NCBI GenBank assembly: GCA_001189165.1
Contig: LFCO01000001.1
Span: forward strand, 10,987 to 74,986
Source of the DNA: Parcubacteria bacterium C7867-005
GTDB lineage: Bacteria; Patescibacteriota; Minisyncoccia; Phycocordibacterales; Zambryskibacteraceae
Reading direction: 5' to 3'
Length of the DNA: 64,000 nt
A program made the translations under genes and the position numbers. This document shows positions 30,291 to 41,970 of the stretch, in pieces. Position 1 is the first letter of the stretch; each line of letters starts with the position of its first letter. A model generated the notes under the pieces. It had not been told where the DNA came from. It did not search any database and was given only the letters and a program-made list of their open reading frames with translations.

Positions 30291-31214
30291 TCACTTCACC
30301 TCGAAGAGGTGGAGCTTGAGTGGAGCACTTTCCACACCTTCTCTGGTCTTGAACGACAGGAGCTTGCCCCGGTGATTCTCCACCGAGTCGATCGTGACCT
30401 TTGCGGTGTCGAACCACTGTTCGAGAGAGTACCCGTGTGGAACCTGCACCACCTTCGGACTGCCTGTCCTTAGGGTGCCGGTGCTGGTGAATTCCTCCAC
30501 GACCGGTTCGCGGTGAGCAACGACGGACGCGGTGGTACTTACACCAAAACCCCCGATGAGCTTCACCCACGGTCTCCAGAGGAAGGAGAAGAAGAAGAGT
30601 ACGAAGGTGAGCCACATCAGGTTTCTCGCCTTCTTGAACGACGGGCTCAGGTTGCTGTTCACGACCACCGTGAAGGCGATGAGCACGTGCCCGACCCAGA
30701 ACAGGGTGTTGCCCCGGAGCCACTTGTAGGCTTCCGGACTGCCCCAGCTCGCGATCCAGTGGAACGCAATCACGAATCCGAGGACGATCAGGTACACGGT
30801 CCATTGGGGCTTCCAGGTGAGTCCACCCGTGCCCCTCTTGTCCCATACCTTCTTGATTCCCCAGGTGATGAGTGCCAACCCAGCGAGTCCTGCAAGAACT
30901 GAGAGGCTGATCCAGAGCCACTTGAATGAGCCGAGGCTGATGCCCTCGCCGATCGCAGAGCTCATCATCCATGCGATGATGATCACTGCGAGTACGAGCA
31001 AGGCCAGGAAGACCCTGACCCTGCCCTTGGTCCAGCGAACCTTCTTCGGGGAAGCGCTCGTTGTCGGAGCACTGCCTGCGGCAGCGCGATTCCTGAATTT
31101 GTTCACAGTCCATTCGACCATGAGCTTCACTTCTGCATACCTGTTCCCGAACCACTGTCCGACCTTCGTCGAACCGGTGTTTCTGTTGGTGTACCACTGT
31201 CCGATCTTTCCCAT
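30291..31214 (-). CDS. Hypothetical multi-pass membrane protein (GC-rich unit)
   Basis: About five TMs, SD GAGG, promoter TTGACA-18-TATAAT near 31264-31293. Confidence 0.75.
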   Translation of the reverse strand: MGKIGQWYTNRNTGSTKVGQWFGNRYAEVKLMVEWTVNKFRNRAAAGSAPTTSASPKKVRWTKGRVRVFLALLVLAVIIIAWMMSSAIGEGISLGSFKWLWISLSVLAGLAGLALITWGIKKVWDKRGTGGLTWKPQWTVYLIVLGFVIAFHWIASWGSPEAYKWLRGNTLFWVGHVLIAFTVVVNSNLSPSFKKARNLMWLTFVLFFFSFLWRPWVKLIGGFGVSTTASVVAHREPVVEEFTSTGTLRTGSPKVVQVPHGYSLEQWFDTAKVTIDSVENHRGKLLSFKTREGVESAPLKLHLFEVK

Positions 31215-31343
31215 GGGTATAACCTCGGTGGTGTGTGTTCAAATCAATGTGCAGGTTTGTCTTATTATATCATATAAATATCACTTTTGTCAAGTATAAA
31301 AATAGGGCCAAGCGACTTGTCGTTTGGCCCTTCCCACAATGCA

Positions 31344-32429
31344 TTACTTCGTACCACCGACCACCGGGAGCGCACCACTGCCGTAGACGACGGTGGTTGC
31401 CACTCCGTTCTTCTCGTGTGCGGTTGCCCACCTGTTGGCAGGCTCGTTCGCGAGCTTCATGGTTGGCTCAGTCACACGAGTGTACAGATCAGCCGCTGCG
31501 TCGTTCAGGAGCATCTTCTCCTTCTTCTCAGCTTCAGCGTTGGTGATTCTGACCCTCGCCTGCGCCTCGGCTTGCACCTGCAGTTCGAGGATCGCTTCTT
31601 GCTTCGGATCCATCGTTGGTGACAGCATGCTCATCGACTTGATCTTGAGACCCAGCTGTTCAAGGGCCTCTGCGTGGAAAGCATCATTCTTCATGATTGC
31701 ATCCACAAGGTCCTGCTTGAGCTTGCCAGAGTTGGCACCACCACGATAGTCTGCGGCGTTGTTCCCACCGACGATGTTACTCACGATGCTCTCGATCATC
31801 CCCTCGAGGTACGCGAGTGGGTTTGACACCCGCAACACAGATCGAATGGGGAAGACCCGCTCGAAGATCAAGTTGAACCTGAATCCGAGCTTGAGCTGGT
31901 CCTTGGTCTCGAGGCCTTCAAGATTGGCGACGAGATCCCCGGAGTAGTAGATGAACTTCGGGAGTTGGTCGCTGTTCTCGACAACCCGGTTCCCGTCCGC
32001 ATCCCTTTTGTTGCTGAAGCGGAGGTGAACGTCCGAGTTAGTCCGCACGCTGGGGAACAAACTGATCCACTCGACGCCGAGCAGTTTATACAGAAGCTTG
32101 TCGTGTCTAGGATCGACCTCCATCCCATCGGGCAGATCCTTAACCTCCCAGTTCATCGGATCTGGGTCAGTCTTGTCGATGAACTTGCCGGGGATGGCAT
32201 GTCGGAGGTCGACAATGGCACCACCACCCTGGGTGGTCTTGCCGTCCTCCTTGTCGTCACTGACGATCAGAGCCAAGGCGTTGGCCGAGGTGATCAGCCA
32301 GAGACGGCCGATCCTGCCGAACGACCTGATACCCACGGCAATGCCGAGGATGATCAGGAAGAGGATGAAAATGATGGCGCCGAACATCCGATGTCTCCTT
32401 GTGGCAAAGCCACGAGAGTAGTAATGCAA
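31344..32429 (-). CDS. SPFH/band-7-like membrane protein (start probably 32387)
   Basis: N-terminal TM, ETKD, LGLKIKS, AEAQA..AEAEK coiled tail; SD AAGGAG; promoter TTGACT-17-TAAAAT. Confidence 0.65.
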   Translation of the reverse strand: MHYYSRGFATRRHRMFGAIIFILFLIILGIAVGIRSFGRIGRLWLITSANALALIVSDDKEDGKTTQGGGAIVDLRHAIPGKFIDKTDPDPMNWEVKDLPDGMEVDPRHDKLLYKLLGVEWISLFPSVRTNSDVHLRFSNKRDADGNRVVENSDQLPKFIYYSGDLVANLEGLETKDQLKLGFRFNLIFERVFPIRSVLRVSNPLAYLEGMIESIVSNIVGGNNAADYRGGANSGKLKQDLVDAIMKNDAFHAEALEQLGLKIKSMSMLSPTMDPKQEAILELQVQAEAQARVRITNAEAEKKEKMLLNDAAADLYTRVTEPTMKLANEPANRWATAHEKNGVATTVVYGSGALPVVGGTK

Positions 32430-32503
32430 TCAACGAGCATCTAGTTCTGGCGGAATTTTATCACAAAACGACACAGAAGTCAAGTTGGAATTGAGCTTAG
32501 TTT

Positions 32504-32587
32504 TGGTGCCGGGGAGAGGACTTGAACCTCCATGAGTTGCCTCGCTAGTTCCTAAAACTAGTGCGTCTACCATTTCGCCACCCCGGC
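32504..32587 (-). tRNA. tRNA-Leu(TAG)
   Basis: Cloverleaf with variable arm, anticodon TT-TAG-GA, CCA. Confidence 0.95.
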
Positions 32588-32615
32588 ATATATTTATTAT
32601 AACCTCGCAAACCTG

Positions 32616-32688
32616 TGCGCCCAGTAGGAGTCGAACCTACGACCATCTCCTTAAGAGGGAGCTGCTCTACCAGCTGAGCTATGGGCGC
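32616..32688 (-). tRNA. tRNA-Lys(CTT)
   Basis: Cloverleaf, anticodon CT-CTT-AA. Confidence 0.95.
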
Positions 32689-32813
32689 GTGTTCCTCTAT
32701 TGTTTAATGCGGAGGAGGACGCAAGGTACAGTATTCCAAAGAAAAGCTTCTTTTTCAATCTTTTAGAGTGGCGTATACTTAAATAAGCACTTTTTAAACA
32801 TTCAAAACTTTTT

Positions 32814-34409
32814 ATGAGAAAAAAGCTTTTCATGAAAGTCGTGGTTCTTTCGGTCGTTTATTTTTCTACTGCTTGGGCAGGACTTCAGCTTGGGGCTGTG
32901 AGTGGTTTTGCTACATTCGTTTGGCCACCTACGGGGATCGCTCTTGCTGCTCTTTTGATCTTTGGCTATCGTCTATGGCCGGGCATTTTCCTTGCCGCCT
33001 TTCTTGTGAACCTGGTGACAGGTGCTCCGGTATTTGTCGCTCTAGCTATCGGTGCGGGTAACACGCTAGAGGCAGTTTTTGGAAAATTCATATTGCACAA
33101 GGTTGGTTTTGATGTCAGCCTCGAACACCGAAGAGATGTTCTTGCTTATATCATCTACGGTGCACTGCTGAGTACTATCGTAAGCGCTTCGATCGGCAGC
33201 GGTGTACTTTGGTCGAGTAGCATTGTCTCATCAGTGGATCTACTCCCAACATGGATTGCTTGGTGGGTGGGGGATATTCTGGGTGCACTGATTATAGGGA
33301 GCTTCATCCTCTCTTTTAGGAAGATGTTTGTCTCCAGGCAGATAATATTTCCAAGCAGAAGGAGGGTCATCGAAGCGGTTCTCCTTTGTGTTGCTCTGAT
33401 CATCTTTAACTCTTTTGTGTTTTTCAATGACGGAACCTTTTCTCAATCAAATGCGTCTCTTGTCTATCTTATATTTCCACTACTCATTTGGGCGGCTTTG
33501 AGGTTCGAGGTCGCTGGTGCCACTATCGCTGTTTTTATCACTTCGGCTCTGGCCATCTGGGGGACGGTGTCGGGCACTGGTCCGTTTGTGACCGATTCGA
33601 TCAGCAGCAGCCTTTTCTCTTTACAGGTATTCATGGGTTCGGTGAGTGTGACTATCCTGGTGTTGTCAGCGATTGTGGAAGAGAGTGCCAGAGCTTACAG
33701 AGCTCTGGAGAAAGCAGATAAATCCAAATCAGAGTTTGTCTCCATTGCATCACACCAGCTCCGTACGCCACTCTCTACCGTGAAGTGGTATGTCCGAACC
33801 TTGCTTGATAGTAAGTTGGGCAAGGTTTCTGATAAACAAAATGAGTATCTTTCTGAACTTAATAATGCTAACGAACGCATGATCAAGCTAGTGAACACTC
33901 TTTTGGATGTTTCCAAAATAGAGCTGGGTATGTTCAAGGTCAAACCAATGTTTTCTGTCGTAGTTAGGAAAATAGTGGATGAAGTTGTCGATGAATTTCA
34001 ACCACAAATCACCAAGAAAAAACTACGGCTGGAAAAAGCATACCCCCCAGAAACCTTTTTTGTTAATGCAGATCCATCATTGGTAAAAATTATCTTTCAG
34101 AACTTATTTTCAAACGCCGTAAAGTACTCTTATAAAGGTGGAACCATAAAAGTAACTTTGAAAAACAATACCAAGGAGTGGTTCCTAGAGGTCTCTGACC
34201 AGGGTTGTGGTGTGCCGCAGAGTGATCAGGACAAGATTTTTAATAAATTATTTAGAGGGGAAAATGCTCGCAGTATGGATCCCGAAGGCGGCGGCCTGGG
34301 GTTGTATTTGGTCAGATCGATCACCAAGCAGGTTAACGGGAGGATTTGGTTTGAGTCTGAACTAAACAAAGGTAGCACCTTCCATGTGGCCTTTCATATA
34401 CGCGGGTAG
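32814..34409 (+). CDS. MASE1-domain sensor histidine kinase
   Basis: VWPPTG and WWVGD (MASE1), SHQLRTP, N box, GLGL. Confidence 0.92.
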   Translation: MRKKLFMKVVVLSVVYFSTAWAGLQLGAVSGFATFVWPPTGIALAALLIFGYRLWPGIFLAAFLVNLVTGAPVFVALAIGAGNTLEAVFGKFILHKVGFDVSLEHRRDVLAYIIYGALLSTIVSASIGSGVLWSSSIVSSVDLLPTWIAWWVGDILGALIIGSFILSFRKMFVSRQIIFPSRRRVIEAVLLCVALIIFNSFVFFNDGTFSQSNASLVYLIFPLLIWAALRFEVAGATIAVFITSALAIWGTVSGTGPFVTDSISSSLFSLQVFMGSVSVTILVLSAIVEESARAYRALEKADKSKSEFVSIASHQLRTPLSTVKWYVRTLLDSKLGKVSDKQNEYLSELNNANERMIKLVNTLLDVSKIELGMFKVKPMFSVVVRKIVDEVVDEFQPQITKKKLRLEKAYPPETFFVNADPSLVKIIFQNLFSNAVKYSYKGGTIKVTLKNNTKEWFLEVSDQGCGVPQSDQDKIFNKLFRGENARSMDPEGGGLGLYLVRSITKQVNGRIWFESELNKGSTFHVAFHIRG

Positions 34410-34833
34410 TATAATTTATATTAATTACATGCAAGAACCAAAAAAGAAAATTTTGATTATTGAAGACGAGGCGCCCATGCTCCGTGCTCTAGAAGAAGGT
34501 TTTCGCAGAGATGGTTTTGAGACGATATCAGCAGATGAGGGTGGGGCGGGGTTCTCTCTTGCCATAGAAAACAAGCCAGATTTAATTATTTTAGATATTC
34601 TACTTCCGGGCATAGATGGTTTGGCGATGATCAAGAAACTAAGGAGGGACGGAGGTTCTTATGGCAGAGGAGTGCCTGTTATTATCCTGACGAACCTAAG
34701 TCCAGACAGTGAAGAGGTGAATCAGACTATTGCAGCCACTTCTCCCACTTTTTATTTAGTAAAGGCCGATTGGACCGTCGAGGATGTTATCGAAAAGGTA
34801 AAAGCCAGACTCAATCAACCCGCCATACTTTAG
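34384..34833 (+). CDS. Single-domain response regulator (start probably 34429)
   Basis: IIEDE, LDILLPGIDG, ILTN, YLVK. Confidence 0.9.
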   Translation: MWPFIYAGSIIYINYMQEPKKKILIIEDEAPMLRALEEGFRRDGFETISADEGGAGFSLAIENKPDLIILDILLPGIDGLAMIKKLRRDGGSYGRGVPVIILTNLSPDSEEVNQTIAATSPTFYLVKADWTVEDVIEKVKARLNQPAIL

Positions 34834-34904
34834 TTATAGATGATAATTTCTATTATGCCGTAGATGCGTTTTTGGCTTCGGGTATGATAAGGTAGACACT
34901 GTTC

Positions 34905-34975
34905 GGCCTAGTAGCCAAGTGGTAAGGCGCGGCTCTGCAAAAGCTTCATCGGCGGTTCGATTCCGCCCTAGGCCT
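34905..34975 (+). tRNA. tRNA-Cys(GCA)
   Basis: GGCCTAG/CTAGGCC stem, anticodon CT-GCA-AA, U73. Confidence 0.95.
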
Positions 34976-35013
34976 CACTAAAAGTTTTTTGTAATATAAT
35001 TTCTTTTAGTTAT

Positions 35014-35099
35014 GCCCGGGTGGTGGAATGGTATACACGGAGGACTTAAAATCCTCTGGTCGCAAGACCTTGTGGGTTCGAGTCCCACCCCGGGCACCA
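35014..35099 (+). tRNA. tRNA-Leu(TAA)
   Basis: Anticodon CT-TAA-AA, variable arm, CCA. Confidence 0.96.
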
Positions 35100-35132
35100 A
35101 GTCCTCCTTTGCCAATGCTTCGGATGGACGAA

Positions 35133-35203
35133 GCGAGATTAGTTTAGTGGTAGAACTGGTGCTTCCCAAGCATCGGGCGCCGGTTCGATTCCGGCATCTC
35201 GCA
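35133..35203 (+). tRNA. tRNA-Gly(CCC)
   Basis: GCGAGAT/ATCTCGC stem, anticodon TT-CCC-AA. Confidence 0.93.
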
Positions 35204-35210
35204 CACTGAG

Positions 35211-35549
35211 CTACTTAGACTCTTCCATTTCTTGAGTGATCTCATCAAGTCTCTGTCGGTTTCTCTCTCCGTAGTCGATTCTCCATGTGAGGTGTGGGAC
35301 AATGCCGATTTTGGATTTCTTTTTTACAAAATCATTTAGTTCTCCACCTTTACGCATCAGAAACTTGAGTGCAGTGTCTTCCTGGTTCTCTGGCAGGGTA
35401 GTGAAGAAAAGCTGTGCAGCTTTTCCGGTCTCAGATAATTCCACTCGAGTGACAGTGATGAGTGATGCAGGCGTTGCCTCTCTTAGTACAAAATCAGCGG
35501 TTAGTTTGCGGAGTATTTCTTCTGTCTTTTCTTTTTTTAATGCTTGCAT
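35211..35549 (-). CDS. rbfA: Ribosome-binding factor A
   Basis: ITVTRVELS, VPHL..D; directly after infB. Confidence 0.88.
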   Translation of the reverse strand: MQALKKEKTEEILRKLTADFVLREATPASLITVTRVELSETGKAAQLFFTTLPENQEDTALKFLMRKGGELNDFVKKKSKIGIVPHLTWRIDYGERNRQRLDEITQEMEESK

Positions 35550-35550
35550 G

Positions 35551-37056
35551 TTATTTGGTTACTCTGGTTACTGCTTCGAAAATATCTCCAGGCGCTATCT
35601 CCACTTTGGATTCGATCATCGCACCAAACTCTCCACCTTCATTTACTTTATCGGCAGCGATTTTATTTTGTTGAAGTTCTTTTATCTTACCCTTACCGAT
35701 TTCCGCTTCTCTGCGGAGGATTCTTACTTGTGACCCAACTTCGATAATCCCAGAGATTGCTCGTGCTCCTAATACTTGTTTATCTTTGGTGGCACCAAAC
35801 ACTCGAAGAACCTTGGCTTGTCCCGTCACTTCATCAACCTCTACTTTTGGTTCTCTTTCTTTTAGGATCTCCATCACTCTTTCAGTCAGTTTGTATATGA
35901 CATCGAAGCTTTCTATTGTTATCCCTGATCTTTCGGCTAAGGGTCCGGCCTGGGGATCTATTTTTGTATTGAAAGAAAAGATCAGAGTTCCAGGTGTCGC
36001 AAGGGATGATTTGACGTCATTCTCACTAACCGTCCCTATACCAGAGAGAACAACTTTTATTTGTATTCTTTCTCTTGGAAGTTTGTTTAATTCATACACT
36101 ATAGCCTCGAGGCTCCCAGTGGTATCTGCTTTGATGATGATCGGCAAGGCCAGGACATTCTCGTTGATGACACTCTCGCTTTTTTTCTTTTTATTTTTTA
36201 CCGCTTCGCTTTCTGCATAGAATTCCGCCGCTTTCTTATCATCAAAAAGTTCGAACACATCACCAACAGGGGGCATATCATCCCAACCTACGAGCTGTAT
36301 GGGGCTCGAGAAGGAAAGCTTGTCTATCTGCTTACCATCCATGTCGAGGATATAGCGTAGTGGCGCCGTTGTTCCAGTAGATGCGACGGTCATACCCTTT
36401 TTCACCGTACCATCTTTGATGATACCCACAGCAGTAATGCCAACCTTCGCGTCGAGTCTGGATTCGATGATGATGCCGGTGCCCCACTTGGATTTGTCTC
36501 CAGTAAAGTTCTCGAGTTCTGCCATGAGGAAGATCATATCTAAGAGTTCCTTCACACCCTCACCAGTTTTAGAGGAGATAGGCACTACGGGTACACTACC
36601 GCCATAGCCCTCTACATATACATCACTCTCTGCGAGGCTTTGCTTTGCACGGTCTATGTTTGCGCTGGGCTTATCTATCTTAGTGATGGCGACGATGAAG
36701 GGAAGTTTGCATTCTTTTATACGTGCATAAGCTTCGAGGGTCTGTGGCTTCACTCCATCTTCAGCAGAAACCACGAGTATTCCTATGTCAGCACACGTAG
36801 CTCCTCTCGCACGAATACCAGCGAAGGCTTCGTGGCCGGGGGTGTCTAGGAAAGTTATTTTGCCCATCTCTCCATTTTCTTTTTGATGAGTGACCTCATA
36901 GGCACTGACATGTTGGGTGATACCTCCAGCCTCTTTATCTGTGGTGTTTGACTTTCTGATGTAGTCCAAAAGAGTCGACTTGCCGTGGTCTATATGGCCC
37001 ATGACCGCCACCACTGGTGGACGCTTGACTCTTGTTTGTGTTTCTAGTATTCCCAT
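35551..37056 (-). CDS. infB: Translation initiation factor IF-2 lacking N-terminal extension
   Basis: [23 protein letters not shown]; start moved to 37056 to avoid overlapping the divergent gene. Confidence 0.96.
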   Translation of the reverse strand: MGILETQTRVKRPPVVAVMGHIDHGKSTLLDYIRKSNTTDKEAGGITQHVSAYEVTHQKENGEMGKITFLDTPGHEAFAGIRARGATCADIGILVVSAEDGVKPQTLEAYARIKECKLPFIVAITKIDKPSANIDRAKQSLAESDVYVEGYGGSVPVVPISSKTGEGVKELLDMIFLMAELENFTGDKSKWGTGIIIESRLDAKVGITAVGIIKDGTVKKGMTVASTGTTAPLRYILDMDGKQIDKLSFSSPIQLVGWDDMPPVGDVFELFDDKKAAEFYAESEAVKNKKKKSESVINENVLALPIIIKADTTGSLEAIVYELNKLPRERIQIKVVLSGIGTVSENDVKSSLATPGTLIFSFNTKIDPQAGPLAERSGITIESFDVIYKLTERVMEILKEREPKVEVDEVTGQAKVLRVFGATKDKQVLGARAISGIIEVGSQVRILRREAEIGKGKIKELQQNKIAADKVNEGGEFGAMIESKVEIAPGDIFEAVTRVTK

Positions 37057-37116
37057 AATGAGCCTCAGATTAGCATATTGTTGTCCTAAAAACACGGTCC
37101 ATACTACAATATCTCT

Positions 37117-38289
37117 ATGAAGATATTTGGGCCCAAAAGAATATATTTGGATTATGCGTCCACTACTCCAGTATTGCCTGCTGTGAAAAAGGAGATGGAT
37201 CGATTTTTTATTGATAGTTTTCATAATCCATCTTCGATTTATAAAGAGGGAGTAGAGGCCAAAAAATTTTTAGAGAACTTTCGTACAAAGGTCGCACGGA
37301 TTATCGGTGTGAGTCAAAGAGACATAGTTTTCACCGCGAGTGGCACTGAGTCGATCAACCTCGCGCTACTCGGTATATTCGAGGAATCAAAAAAAACGAT
37401 AAACAAACCACACATCATCATCTCTGCCATAGAACATCCCGCGGTCAAAGAGTCAGCCAAAGAAGCTGTCCGAAGAGGAGCAGAAGTTAGTATCGTCCCA
37501 GTTGATGCGAGTGGTCTGGTCTCCATAGATGAGATAAGCAAAATTATCAGACCAGAGACCGTCCTCGTCTCGGTCATGCTTGCGAATAACGAGATAGGGG
37601 TTATCGAACCTGTCTCCAGGATTTCTCGTATGGTTCATGAATACAGAAAGAAAAATAATTCCAAATTTCCTTATATTCACACAGATGCGAGTCAGGCAGG
37701 TAATTATATAAAGATTAATCTACCTGCACTCGGCGTTGACCTTTTAACCTTGGATGGATCCAAGATTTATGGACCAAAGGGAGTGGGAGTACTTGTAGTC
37801 AGACCAGATGTTTCTTTGTCACCCATTGTTTTTGGTGGTGGCCAAGAAAGAGGATTAAGATCAGGCACAGAGAACCTAGCTGTTATCGCTGGTTTTACCA
37901 AAGCCTTTGAACTTGCTGATCTAGACAGAGGTAAAGAAGTAGAGAGGTTGAATAAAATTAAGCTTTATTTCATTGATCGTATAAAATCGAGTCTGCCGAA
38001 AGCAACCGTCAACACACCAGAAGAAAATAGTTTGCCAAACATAGTCAGTGTTTCTATGGTGGGCATGCTCGCAGAATTTGTGGCTATCAAACTCGATCTT
38101 ATGGGGATTATGGTCTCAACCGGGAGTTCTTGCGGTAACGTCAAGGGCTCTGGGGGCACAGAGACCGTGGTGGCCCTAGGTCAAGGTGAGCTAAGAGACT
38201 CCACTATTCGTTTTTCTTTTGGAAGAAGTACCACTAAAGCTCTTGTTGAAAAAGCCTTAACTAGCTTCATAAAAATAGTAGAGAAATAA
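37117..38289 (+). CDS. iscS: Cysteine desulfurase (IscS/NifS group I)
   Basis: YLDYASTTP, KIYGPKG, RSGTEN, STGSSC. Confidence 0.88.
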   Translation: MKIFGPKRIYLDYASTTPVLPAVKKEMDRFFIDSFHNPSSIYKEGVEAKKFLENFRTKVARIIGVSQRDIVFTASGTESINLALLGIFEESKKTINKPHIIISAIEHPAVKESAKEAVRRGAEVSIVPVDASGLVSIDEISKIIRPETVLVSVMLANNEIGVIEPVSRISRMVHEYRKKNNSKFPYIHTDASQAGNYIKINLPALGVDLLTLDGSKIYGPKGVGVLVVRPDVSLSPIVFGGGQERGLRSGTENLAVIAGFTKAFELADLDRGKEVERLNKIKLYFIDRIKSSLPKATVNTPEENSLPNIVSVSMVGMLAEFVAIKLDLMGIMVSTGSSCGNVKGSGGTETVVALGQGELRDSTIRFSFGRSTTKALVEKALTSFIKIVEK

Positions 38290-38313
38290 TATTTTTGTGT
38301 TATAATACCCTCC

Positions 38314-39132
38314 ATGGCGAACATGGAAGACCTCACAAAAACGCAGATGGTCCTTCTCACGCTTCTCGTGAGTTTTGTTACCTCTATTGCGACGGGGATA
38401 ATCACCGTGTCACTTCTGGCCGAGGCACCCGCGAGTGTTACTCAGACCATTAATCGTGTTGTAGAGAGGACTATAGAAAAGGTTACTCCAACTAATCCAA
38501 CCAGTTCAGGGGTTAAGGAGGTAACCATAGTCAAAGAAGAAGACGCGATAATCAGCGCCATAGACAAATCAGTCAGAGCGATAGTTCGCATCAAGACACC
38601 AGTTGATCCATACGGTACTCAGAACTTTTATGCCCTGGGCGTTGTGGTGTCCAAAGATGGTCTGGTCCTCTCAGACAAAAGAACACTGGTCTTAAATGGC
38701 ATTTACGATATCGTCTTGGCGGATGGCACGGTTTTGCAAGCAAACATCGTTCGTATGAGCGAAGAAGATAACCTCGCGCTCTTTAGGATAACTCCAGATA
38801 TTGCTCATACGAATAATTTTGACTTCATTTCTGTTTCAGATAGCGAACTCAAGTTAGGTCAAACAGCGATCGCTATACAGGGTATGGAAAAGAATACAAT
38901 CGGCATCGGACGCATTATGTCTGTCAACTATAGAAACGAAGCGGACACAAAAACTCTCTACAGTGTCGATACGGATATCAGTTCTATAAATGAAATCCAG
39001 GGCAGTCCATTGTTTAATCTCTCTGGTGAACTGGTAGGCATCAAGACATCCTACGATGATCTCAGTGTGCCTAGGGGTGCATACACCACATCAGTACCGA
39101 TGTCGGCGATAGTGGAGTTAGCACAACAGTAG
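38314..39132 (+). CDS. Trypsin-like (HtrA-related) membrane protein, probably inactive
   Basis: GVVVSKDGLVLS, GSPLFNLSGELVGI; catalytic His and Ser motifs missing. Confidence 0.7.
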   Translation: MANMEDLTKTQMVLLTLLVSFVTSIATGIITVSLLAEAPASVTQTINRVVERTIEKVTPTNPTSSGVKEVTIVKEEDAIISAIDKSVRAIVRIKTPVDPYGTQNFYALGVVVSKDGLVLSDKRTLVLNGIYDIVLADGTVLQANIVRMSEEDNLALFRITPDIAHTNNFDFISVSDSELKLGQTAIAIQGMEKNTIGIGRIMSVNYRNEADTKTLYSVDTDISSINEIQGSPLFNLSGELVGIKTSYDDLSVPRGAYTTSVPMSAIVELAQQ

Positions 39133-39164
39133 GGGAGGTTTAGAAATTTGTTTTAAGAAATACC

Positions 39165-41840
39165 ATGCCACCAAATCATTTCACTACTAAAGCCAAAGAA
39201 GCGATACGTAAAGCTCACGAGCTGGCAATTGAGCGTGGACAAAATCACGTTAACCCGATGCATCTTTTGACATCACTGGTGGTTCAAGAAGAGAGCATTG
39301 TCATCTCAATCCTGGAGAAAATGGAGATCGACACACTTTTACTAACTGATTCTGTTTTAGAAGCCATAGAGAATGTCGAAACTTCACAAACACTTGCGCC
39401 TTCGTATCAGATATACCTAACTCCGGAGCTTGCTCATACAATAGAATCTAGCACCAAGGTCGCACAGTCACTCGGAGACGAATTTGTTTCTACAGAACAC
39501 TTATTCCTATCCATCCTAGATGTTCCTGGGGAAGCTAGGGATTTATTACAAAAATTCAAAATCGATCGCAATACTGTTGTGAAGGTTATCGAAGAGTTAA
39601 AAAAATCTAGCGCAGTTGAGCCCAAGACAGAAAAGAAATTTAAATCATTGTCCAAGTACACACGCTCGCTTACAAAGCTCGCTAAACTGAATAAACTTGA
39701 CCCAGTCATAGGGAGGGATGAAGAGATCTCTCGCATGGTTCAGATTCTCTCTAGGCGTACCAAGAACAATCCGATTCTTATTGGTGAAGCCGGAGTAGGC
39801 AAGACAGCGATTGCAGAGGGTTTGGCTATCAAGATGGCGAACGGTAACGTACCAGAATCATTGAAGGACAAAGAACTCGTCTCACTTGACCTCGGTTTGC
39901 TTATCGCAGGGACAAAGTACAGAGGGGAATTCGAAGAACGTCTAAAAAACATAATCAAAGAGATAGAAAAATCCGAAGGCAAAATAATCTTGTTTATAGA
40001 CGAGATCCACACTATCGTCGGTGCTGGTGCTGCAGAGGGTTCTATGGATGCATCTAATATGCTCAAGCCACCACTTGCCAGGGGGGAACTCCGAGCCATA
40101 GGTGCTACGACACTCAGAGAATATCAAAAGCACATCGAAAAAGATCCTGCCCTGACACGCAGGTTTCAGCCGGTCTATGTTAATGAACCGTCGGTCGAAG
40201 ATGCCATCACTATATTGCGTGGTCTCAAGGAGCGCTACGAGCTTTACCACGGTGTTCATATAACAGATGATGCTATTCGTTCTGCTGTCACCCTCTCATC
40301 TCGTTACATCACCGACAGATTCCTCCCAGATAAAGCAGTCGACCTCATCGACGAGGCCAGTTCTTATCTGAAAATCTCACTCGAAAATATGCCTCCAATT
40401 TTGGAAGAAACTCATTCTAAGATCATGAAGCTTGAGATAGAAAAAGAAGCATTAAAAAAAGAAACCAAGAATACGAAGGCCAAGGCCCGTATCAAGGTTA
40501 TAGAAAGAGAGATCGCTGATTTCAGAGAGAAAACTTCTGAGATTGAACTCAAATGGAAGAATGAGAAGGAGACCGTCCAGGGGATAAAAGAAATAAAGAA
40601 AAATTTGGAGATATTCCGTCTGGAGGCAGAAGCCGCAGAGGCTCGTGCAGATCTTTCTCGTGCAGCAGAATTACGCTACGGTAAAATACCAACCCTTGAA
40701 AAAGATCTTGATGCCAAGGCCAAGAGACTAAAAAAACTACAAAGTTCGAGGAGGATATTGAAAGAAGAAATAACCGAGGCAGACATCGCAGAGATAGTTA
40801 GCCGTTGGACATCTATCCCTGTTTCCAGAATGCTTGAAGAAGAAGTAGAAAAACTTACTCGAATGGAAGAGTTTTTGAAGAAGCGAATTGTTGGACAGGA
40901 TGAGGCGGTCAAGAAAATATCTGACACCGTGAAGAGGTCTCGTGCGGGTATATCCGATCCGAATAGACCGATCGGGTCCTTCATGTTCCTTGGCCCAACC
41001 GGCGTTGGTAAAACCGAGCTCACTAAGGCACTCGCTGAATTTATGTTTGATGATGAGAAGGCTCTGATCAGAGTTGATATGTCCGAGTACATGGAAAAGC
41101 ATTCAGTCTCTAAACTCATCGGAGCACCTCCGGGTTATGTTGGGTATGACGAAGGTTCACAGTTTACAGAGACAGTCAGACACAGACCATATTCAGTCAT
41201 ATTGTTTGATGAAATAGAAAAGGCTCACCCAGAAGTTTTCAACATCTTACTGCAGGTTCTTGATAACGGTCGACTGACAGATACCAAGGGACGAGTAGTG
41301 AATTTCAAGAACACCATTATCATCCTCACTTCAAATGTCGGCGCAGAACACATAGATAAAATGCAGTCTATCGGTTTTTCTAAGGGCGGCGAAAAAGAAA
41401 ATTATGAGAGTATCAAAGAGAAACTTCTGGACACTTTGAAAAATCACTTCAGGCCAGAATTCTTGAACAGACTCGATGACATTGTGGTCTTCGACGTCCT
41501 CACTAGGGAGACAATAAAATCGATCGTCTCTATCCAGATTGATGAGATAAAGAAGCGTCTCCAAGAGAAAGAAATCGAACTGGTAGTGGCAGATGATGTT
41601 TTCGAGCTACTGGCCGAAGAGGGGTACAACCCACAATACGGTGCGAGACCTCTGAAGCGTCTAATCCAAACCAAGATTTTGAACACGGTTGCTACCATGA
41701 TGATAGGGAACAAGGTTTTGACCGGAGGCACAGTGATGGTCGGAAGATCAGGCGACGAACTGACTTTTGAAGTGGTCAAAGGTAAAAGGTCGGGGAGTGT
41801 CAGCACCCTTACATCCAAGCCGGTGAAGTCTTCAAAGTGA
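39165..41840 (+). CDS. clpB: ATP-dependent chaperone ClpB
   Basis: Two AAA+ domains ([16 protein letters not shown]), long M domain, AAELRYG. Confidence 0.93.
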   Translation: MPPNHFTTKAKEAIRKAHELAIERGQNHVNPMHLLTSLVVQEESIVISILEKMEIDTLLLTDSVLEAIENVETSQTLAPSYQIYLTPELAHTIESSTKVAQSLGDEFVSTEHLFLSILDVPGEARDLLQKFKIDRNTVVKVIEELKKSSAVEPKTEKKFKSLSKYTRSLTKLAKLNKLDPVIGRDEEISRMVQILSRRTKNNPILIGEAGVGKTAIAEGLAIKMANGNVPESLKDKELVSLDLGLLIAGTKYRGEFEERLKNIIKEIEKSEGKIILFIDEIHTIVGAGAAEGSMDASNMLKPPLARGELRAIGATTLREYQKHIEKDPALTRRFQPVYVNEPSVEDAITILRGLKERYELYHGVHITDDAIRSAVTLSSRYITDRFLPDKAVDLIDEASSYLKISLENMPPILEETHSKIMKLEIEKEALKKETKNTKAKARIKVIEREIADFREKTSEIELKWKNEKETVQGIKEIKKNLEIFRLEAEAAEARADLSRAAELRYGKIPTLEKDLDAKAKRLKKLQSSRRILKEEITEADIAEIVSRWTSIPVSRMLEEEVEKLTRMEEFLKKRIVGQDEAVKKISDTVKRSRAGISDPNRPIGSFMFLGPTGVGKTELTKALAEFMFDDEKALIRVDMSEYMEKHSVSKLIGAPPGYVGYDEGSQFTETVRHRPYSVILFDEIEKAHPEVFNILLQVLDNGRLTDTKGRVVNFKNTIIILTSNVGAEHIDKMQSIGFSKGGEKENYESIKEKLLDTLKNHFRPEFLNRLDDIVVFDVLTRETIKSIVSIQIDEIKKRLQEKEIELVVADDVFELLAEEGYNPQYGARPLKRLIQTKILNTVATMMIGNKVLTGGTVMVGRSGDELTFEVVKGKRSGSVSTLTSKPVKSSK

Positions 41841-41879
41841 ATTGACGAATAAGGGAAAACCGATACAATACCATCTATC

Positions 41880-41965
41880 GCGTCGGTGGCGGAGTGGTCA
41901 ATCGCACTAGACTGTAAATCTGGCGCCTTCGGGCTTCGAAGGTTCGAATCCTTCCCGGCGCACCA
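41880..41965 (+). tRNA. tRNA-Tyr(GTA)
   Basis: Anticodon CT-GTA-AA, variable arm, CCA. Confidence 0.95.
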
Positions 41966-41970
41966 AATAT

